Assembly: GCA_043770215.1 (NCBI GenBank)
Contig: JAYVIQ010000026.1
Coordinates: 1 to 44,270, forward strand
Reading direction: 5' to 3'
DNA from: Cytophagales bacterium
Lineage (GTDB): Bacteria; Bacteroidota; Bacteroidia; Cytophagales; JAAEPT01
Length of the DNA stretch: 44,270 nucleotides
Shown one piece after another: positions 39,763-44,270 of the stretch; position 1 is the stretch's first letter, and each line of letters starts with the position of its first letter. Both the position numbers and the translations under genes were made by a program. The notes beneath the pieces are model-generated. The model worked only from the letters and a program-made list of their open reading frames with translations, made no database searches and was not told the origin of the DNA.

Positions 39763-41598
39763 TTATTCTACAGTTACAGATTTAGCTAAATTTCTTGGCT
39801 GATCTACGTTATAGCCTTTAAGCACACCTACATGATAAGAAAGAATTTGCAAAGGAATTACATTTATCAATGGAGCCAACACTTCATCTGTTTCTGGTAC
39901 AAAGATAACTTCATCGCACATATTAGCTACAGAAAAGTCTCCTTCTGTAACAATGGCTATAACTTTACCGCTTCGTGCTTTTACCTCCTGTATATTGGAT
40001 ACTACTTTTTCATAATGTTTGTCTTTAGTAGCAATAAATATAGATGGCAAACTTGGCTCTATCAAAGCAATAGGCCCATGTTTCATTTCAGCTGCAGGGT
40101 ATCCTTCTGCATGTATGTAAGAAACCTCTTTCAATTTCAATGCCCCTTCTAAGGCTACTGGAAAATTAAAACCTCTACCTAAAAATAAACAACTTGTTGC
40201 ATCTTTGTATTTTTTGGCAATTTCAAGAATGGTATCGTTGAGTAAAAGCGTTTTTTTGATTTTTTCTGGTATGAGCACCAATTCTTCTATTAGCTGGTTA
40301 AACCTTTGAGAAGTTAGCGTACCTTTTCCTTGTCCTATTTTAAGTGCTATCATTGTAAGCACAGTAAGCTGCGCAGTAAACGCCTTTGTGCTTGCAACGC
40401 CTATTTCTGGGCCTGCATGTGTATAAACACCTGCGTGTGAGGTTCTTGGAATTGAAGCTCCTACTGCATTGCACACACCTAAAATCAAAGCGCCCTTTTC
40501 TTTTGCCATTTCTATGGCCACCAGGGTATCTGCTGTTTCGCCAGATTGAGAAATAGCTATTACTACATCTCCTTTTTCAATAACAGGGTTTCTATATCTA
40601 AATTCAGAAGCATACTCTACTTCTACAGGTATTCTACAAAGATCTTCTATAAGGTATTCTGCCACTAAACCAGCATGCCACGAAGTTCCGCAGGCAACAA
40701 TGATGATTCTTTTGGCATTTTTTAATTCTTCTTCATATTTATGAATGCCTCCTAGGGTAAGCTCGTAGGTCTCTTTATTTACCCTTCCTCTTAAACAATC
40801 AAAAACAGAGTTTGGTTGGTCATAAATTTCTTTTAACATGAAGTGTTCATATCCTCCCTTTTCTATTGCCTCTAATTTTAGATCTAAGGTTTGTATGTAT
40901 GGAGTAATTTCTTCGTCTTTCAGGTTTGTTAAAATAAGCTCATCTTTTTTGATGATGGCAATTTCATAGTCATTTACATACACTACTTCATTAGTGTATT
41001 CTATAATAGGTGTAGCATCTGAAGCCAAATAATGTGCATTTTTACCTACACCTATAACTAGTGGACTTCCTTTGCGTGCTGCAAAGAGTGTGTCTGGGTA
41101 TTCTTCAGATACAATAACTATTACATAGGCTCCAATTACTCTTTTAAGAGCAATTTTAATTGCTTTTTGCAATGTACAGTTGTTCTTTTTTAATATCTCT
41201 TCTATAAATTTAAGCAATACCTCACTATCTGTTTCGCTTTGAAAAGTGTAGCCTTGCTCTAACAATTCTTTTTTTAGAGAGTCATAGTTTTCAATAATTC
41301 CATTATGAATCATTGCCATCTTACCATCTGTAGATACATGTGGGTGAGCATTTCTGTCAGAAGGCACACCATGGGTAGCCCAACGTGTGTGACCGATACC
41401 TATAGAGCCGGCCATAGATTTGGTTTGACAAAACTCTTCTAAGTCAGCAACTTTCCCTTGTTTTTTTTGAACATTAAGGGTTTTATCTATCAAGGCTACC
41501 CCAGCACTGTCATACCCTCTGTATTCTAGCCTCTTAAGTCCTTTAAGCAAAATTGGATAGGCTTCTTTTTCGCCTACGTACGCCACTATTCCACACAT
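39763..41598 (-). CDS. glmS: Glutamine--fructose-6-phosphate transaminase (isomerizing)
   Basis: MCGIV, LEYRGYDSAG, GHTRWATHG, HNGIIEN, SQSGETADT, GVASTKAF, EGALKLKE, KHGPIAL, PRNLAKSVTVE. Confidence 0.98.
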   Translation of the reverse strand: MCGIVAYVGEKEAYPILLKGLKRLEYRGYDSAGVALIDKTLNVQKKQGKVADLEEFCQTKSMAGSIGIGHTRWATHGVPSDRNAHPHVSTDGKMAMIHNGIIENYDSLKKELLEQGYTFQSETDSEVLLKFIEEILKKNNCTLQKAIKIALKRVIGAYVIVIVSEEYPDTLFAARKGSPLVIGVGKNAHYLASDATPIIEYTNEVVYVNDYEIAIIKKDELILTNLKDEEITPYIQTLDLKLEAIEKGGYEHFMLKEIYDQPNSVFDCLRGRVNKETYELTLGGIHKYEEELKNAKRIIIVACGTSWHAGLVAEYLIEDLCRIPVEVEYASEFRYRNPVIEKGDVVIAISQSGETADTLVAIEMAKEKGALILGVCNAVGASIPRTSHAGVYTHAGPEIGVASTKAFTAQLTVLTMIALKIGQGKGTLTSQRFNQLIEELVLIPEKIKKTLLLNDTILEIAKKYKDATSCLFLGRGFNFPVALEGALKLKEVSYIHAEGYPAAEMKHGPIALIEPSLPSIFIATKDKHYEKVVSNIQEVKARSGKVIAIVTEGDFSVANMCDEVIFVPETDEVLAPLINVIPLQILSYHVGVLKGYNVDQPRNLAKSVTVE

Positions 41599-41616
41599 AC
41601 ACTAATTATTTTATAA

Positions 41617-41624
41617 CAAATTTA
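41617..41624 (-). promoter_or_regulatory. Bacteroidota -7 promoter element TAAATTTG upstream of glmS
   Basis: Matches TAnnTTTG 18 nt upstream of the glmS ATG. Confidence 0.5.
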
Positions 41625-41696
41625 AAAACAATTGAATCTAAAACTAAATTTATACTCTTTATTGCTGACTGATTTTTATTTGTATCAGAAACGTAC

Positions 41697-42263
41697 TCAA
41701 GCATAATTTTCTATATACCCTTCTAATCCTATTTCTGTTCCTTTACCAACTGCTTTAAACGTCCATTGGTTGCCTTCTCTTTTTAAACAACAAAACTCTA
41801 AATCTGTGGCCTGCTCAAAGCTATTTTCTAAATCAAACCTTAGTATTTCAATGCCAGACTGTAAATCAATAATTCGTAAATAAATATTACAAACCATTCC
41901 AAAATTTTGTTTTTTTAGCAGTCCTTGGTGTATTGTGGTTATGACTACTATTTCTGTCACTTGGCTTTCTACTTGGCTAAGGTTTAAAACAATCATTTCA
42001 TCATCGCCTTCGCCTGCAGTAGATCTATTGTCTCCAGTATGCTCTAAGGATCCTAAGGGAGATTTAAGGTTGTTGTAATAAATGAAAAAGTCATCACTTG
42101 GTATTTTCCTGTTTTCGCCAAGCATAAAAACTGATGCGTCTAAATCTAATTCAGGTTCTAATAAGTCCCACCCTAATCCAATCATTATTTTATTTATCTT
42201 AGGCGCTAAATCTGAAAGCAGGATGGTGTCTCCTTGTTTTAATTCTATGGATCTATTAGGCAT
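41697..42263 (-). CDS. TerD-family stress/tellurium-resistance domain protein
   Basis: GLGWD, DLDASVFML, FIYYNN, HTGDNR..GEGDDE, W.FKAVG. Confidence 0.9.
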   Translation of the reverse strand: MPNRSIELKQGDTILLSDLAPKINKIMIGLGWDLLEPELDLDASVFMLGENRKIPSDDFFIYYNNLKSPLGSLEHTGDNRSTAGEGDDEMIVLNLSQVESQVTEIVVITTIHQGLLKKQNFGMVCNIYLRIIDLQSGIEILRFDLENSFEQATDLEFCCLKREGNQWTFKAVGKGTEIGLEGYIENYA

Positions 42264-42637
42264 TACATATTATTTTTAAAGCTAATCTTAAAGGCAATAA
42301 ACTTTACAATTCTTGTTTTAGTAAAAGTAAGAGGCTTTTAGGCTTTTTATTACTTTCAACGCAATTTTATTATGTAAGGGTATAAATATTATTTTTTCCT
42401 ATAAAAAAATGAGGTATTAGATGATATCTCCACACTAAAAGAGTATGGTTTTGAACATAAAACCCTTTGGGGAAAAAGAAATATTTACAACTAAATAAGC
42501 TTATCAAATGAACCTTTTCTTTTAAATAAAATCAAAGAATAAATTACGGTTTATAATTTAAAAAACATCTATTGCAACCAATTATTTATTTTAACGTTTA
42601 GCTAGCAGCAGGCTTGAAATATTTAAATAATAGAATT

Positions 42638-42736
42638 ATGAAAAATTTATTTGAAAACTCATTTGTTGACTTAGCATTTATAGCTTGTGTAATTGTAGCC
42701 TCAATACTTTTTATAGCCTTTAAGTTTTTTGTCTAA
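42638..42736 (+). CDS. Unannotated 32-aa single-pass membrane peptide MKNLFENSFVDLAFIACVIVASILFIAFKFFV
   Basis: Read directly as ATG(42638)...TAA(42736); A-rich leader with A at -3; 17-residue uncharged hydrophobic stretch (LAFIACVIVASILFIAF). Confidence 0.5.
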   Translation: MKNLFENSFVDLAFIACVIVASILFIAFKFFV

Positions 42737-42780
42737 CCAATAAAAGAATAGTATCTTGCTACTTGATTTAATGACATTGC

Positions 42781-43788
42781 ATGCATACTAATTCTATATC
42801 TCTTACTGATTTAAATACTTTTGGGTTAGAAATATCTGCCTCTGAACTTATAGAAATAAATTCTGAAAAAACCCTTTTAGAAAACTTGGCATATATAAGA
42901 AGCCAAAAATTTCTTATTTTGGGAGGTGGAAGTAATCTTTTGTTTACCAAAAATTTTGATGGATTAATAGTATTGAATAGAATAAAAGGGATTAAACTGT
43001 TAAAAAAACTAGAAAATGAATTTATAGTAGAAGTAGGCGCTGGCGAGCTTTGGCATGATTTTGTGCTTTTTTCTTTAAAAAATAATTGGTTTGGCCTAGA
43101 GAATCTCTCTCTTATTCCTGGTACTGTAGGGGCTACGCCTATACAAAACATAGGCGCATATGGTGTAGAAATTGTAGATGTCTTAGACTCTGTAGATTTT
43201 ATAGACATAGAAACAGGTAAATTGCATACCTTAAGCAACAAGGAATGCATGTTTGGTTATAGAGAAAGTATTTTTAAAAATGAATTAAAAGGTACTTTTA
43301 TTATTACCAAAGTAAGGTTTAAATTAGAAACTTTGCCTAATTTAAAATTAGAGTATGGAGCAATAAAAGAAACCTTAAAAGAAAGGGAAATATCTAATCC
43401 CACGCCAAAAGATGTAAGTGATGCGGTGATATATATAAGAAGCACCAAATTGCCAAACCCCAAAGAAATAGGAAATTGCGGTTCTTTTTTTAAAAATCCT
43501 TTGGTAAGTGTATCATTATTTAATCAGTTAAAAATAAAATACCCTTTGATTCCTTCTTTTTATGTAGATGAAAACCATGTAAAAATACCTGCTGCATGGC
43601 TTATAGACCAACTTGGTTGGAAAGGAAAAACGATTGGTAAAATTGGTGTGCACAAAAATCAAGCATTGGTTTTGGTAAATTATGGCGGAGGTTCTGGCGA
43701 AGAAATAAAAAACTTGGCTTACAAAATTATAGAATCTGTGCATACAGCCTACGGTATTTTGCTTACACCAGAAGTAAATATTGTGTAA
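42781..43788 (+). CDS. murB: UDP-N-acetylenolpyruvoylglucosamine reductase
   Basis: NTFG, LGGGSNLLF, GLENLSLIPGTVGATPIQNIGAYG, FGYRESIFK, GNCGSFFKNP, QALVLVN, PEV. Confidence 0.97.
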   Translation: MHTNSISLTDLNTFGLEISASELIEINSEKTLLENLAYIRSQKFLILGGGSNLLFTKNFDGLIVLNRIKGIKLLKKLENEFIVEVGAGELWHDFVLFSLKNNWFGLENLSLIPGTVGATPIQNIGAYGVEIVDVLDSVDFIDIETGKLHTLSNKECMFGYRESIFKNELKGTFIITKVRFKLETLPNLKLEYGAIKETLKEREISNPTPKDVSDAVIYIRSTKLPNPKEIGNCGSFFKNPLVSVSLFNQLKIKYPLIPSFYVDENHVKIPAAWLIDQLGWKGKTIGKIGVHKNQALVLVNYGGGSGEEIKNLAYKIIESVHTAYGILLTPEVNIV

Positions 43789-43994
43789 TTCTTTTTATGC
43801 TGTTAAAGCACATAAAAAGAATCTTTTCTAACCTGTTTAAATGCCACGAAATTTTAAGTGTCTTTTTCAAAGCATGTTTAAAATTTACACCCTTAGCAAC
43901 TGCGTTTTATTCTCTCAAGAAATTTTTTATTTATTCTCAAAACCCTTTTTTAGCTTTGAGCAAACCAAAAAGTAAACAAAACTATTTTTATGAT

Positions 43995-44002
43995 TACCTT
44001 TG
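43995..44002 (+). promoter_or_regulatory. Bacteroidota -7 element TACCTTTG, 5 nt before the DUF3109 ATG
   Basis: Matches TAnnTTTG. Confidence 0.5.
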
Positions 44003-44007
44003 CTTCT

Positions 44008-44270
44008 ATGATAGAAATAGGCAATACCCTTATAAGTGATGATGTGGTACAAAAACAATTTGTGTGCAATTTGTCTAAATGCAAGGGTGCCTGCTGTGTA
44101 GAAGGAGATTTGGGCGCTCCTTTAGAAGATGATGAAATAGAAATTTTAGATGAAATATACGAAACCGTAAAACCATACCTAAGGCCAGAGTCTGTGGCAT
44201 CTATAGAATCACAAGGAGCATGGGTATTGGATAGATTTAACGAATATTCCACCCCATTATTAGAAAATCA
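44008..44270 (+). CDS. DUF3109-family Cys-rich protein, 5' part (runs off the window; absent from the ORF track)
   Basis: Translated directly: MIEIGNTLISDDVVQKQFVCNLSKCKGACCVEGDLGAPLEDDEIEILDEIY... Confidence 0.82.
   Translation, partial: MIEIGNTLISDDVVQKQFVCNLSKCKGACCVEGDLGAPLEDDEIEILDEIYETVKPYLRPESVASIESQGAWVLDRFNEYSTPLLEN

Noticed and set aside
41599-41696. Possible glmS ribozyme upstream of glmS
   Set aside because: Only 98 nt, very AT-rich, no ribozyme core visible, and a -7 promoter element sits 18 nt from the ATG.
41697-42263. Tellurite-resistance/anti-phage ter island
   Set aside because: A single terD-like gene between housekeeping genes; no terA/B/C/Z or associated enzymes.
42261-42268. 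ATG-TAA start-stop overlapping the terD start (ATGTAATG on the minus strand)
   Set aside because: Could modulate initiation, but such an 8-mer is easily produced by chance at this AT content and nothing else supports it.
43797-44252. Track ORFs 43797..44039 (+) and 43950..44252 (-)
   Set aside because: The real gene is the truncated DUF3109 ORF from 44008. One track ORF is its antisense shadow; the other is low-complexity intergenic sequence overlapping its promoter.

Overview
AT-rich chromosomal window from a Bacteroidota genome, probably Cytophagales-like. This rests on sprA/T9SS, the maeB-ruvA-sprA order, DUF3108/DUF3109/DUF4954-type genes and TAnnTTTG promoters. Most of it is housekeeping or envelope content: DEAD-box helicase, rluA, a glycosyltransferase triad, sprA, ruvA, maeB, two tandem uvrA paralogs, glmS, terD and murB. 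The standout is a self-contained locus at about 5.8-11.6 kb. A PLP alpha-oxoamine-synthase/GNAT fusion enzyme, a 77-aa protein and a degenerate LytTR protein are transcribed divergently from a translationally coupled operon: small STAS/SEC14-like protein, soluble HAMP-PAS-HisKA_3 kinase, NarL/LuxR response regulator. A palindromic TAGGTA-N4-TACCTA-like motif recurs in both promoter regions. This layout resembles CqsA/LqsA-type autoinducer circuits but uses different parts, and is proposed as a candidate undescribed chemical-signalling (quorum-sensing-like) system. Other points of note: a structured Flavo-1-like RNA/repeat at the left edge, opposed heptamer arrays between the two uvrA genes, a GlmU-like DUF4954 gene behind glmS, and an unannotated 32-aa membrane peptide. 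All family assignments come from motif recognition, not database searches.
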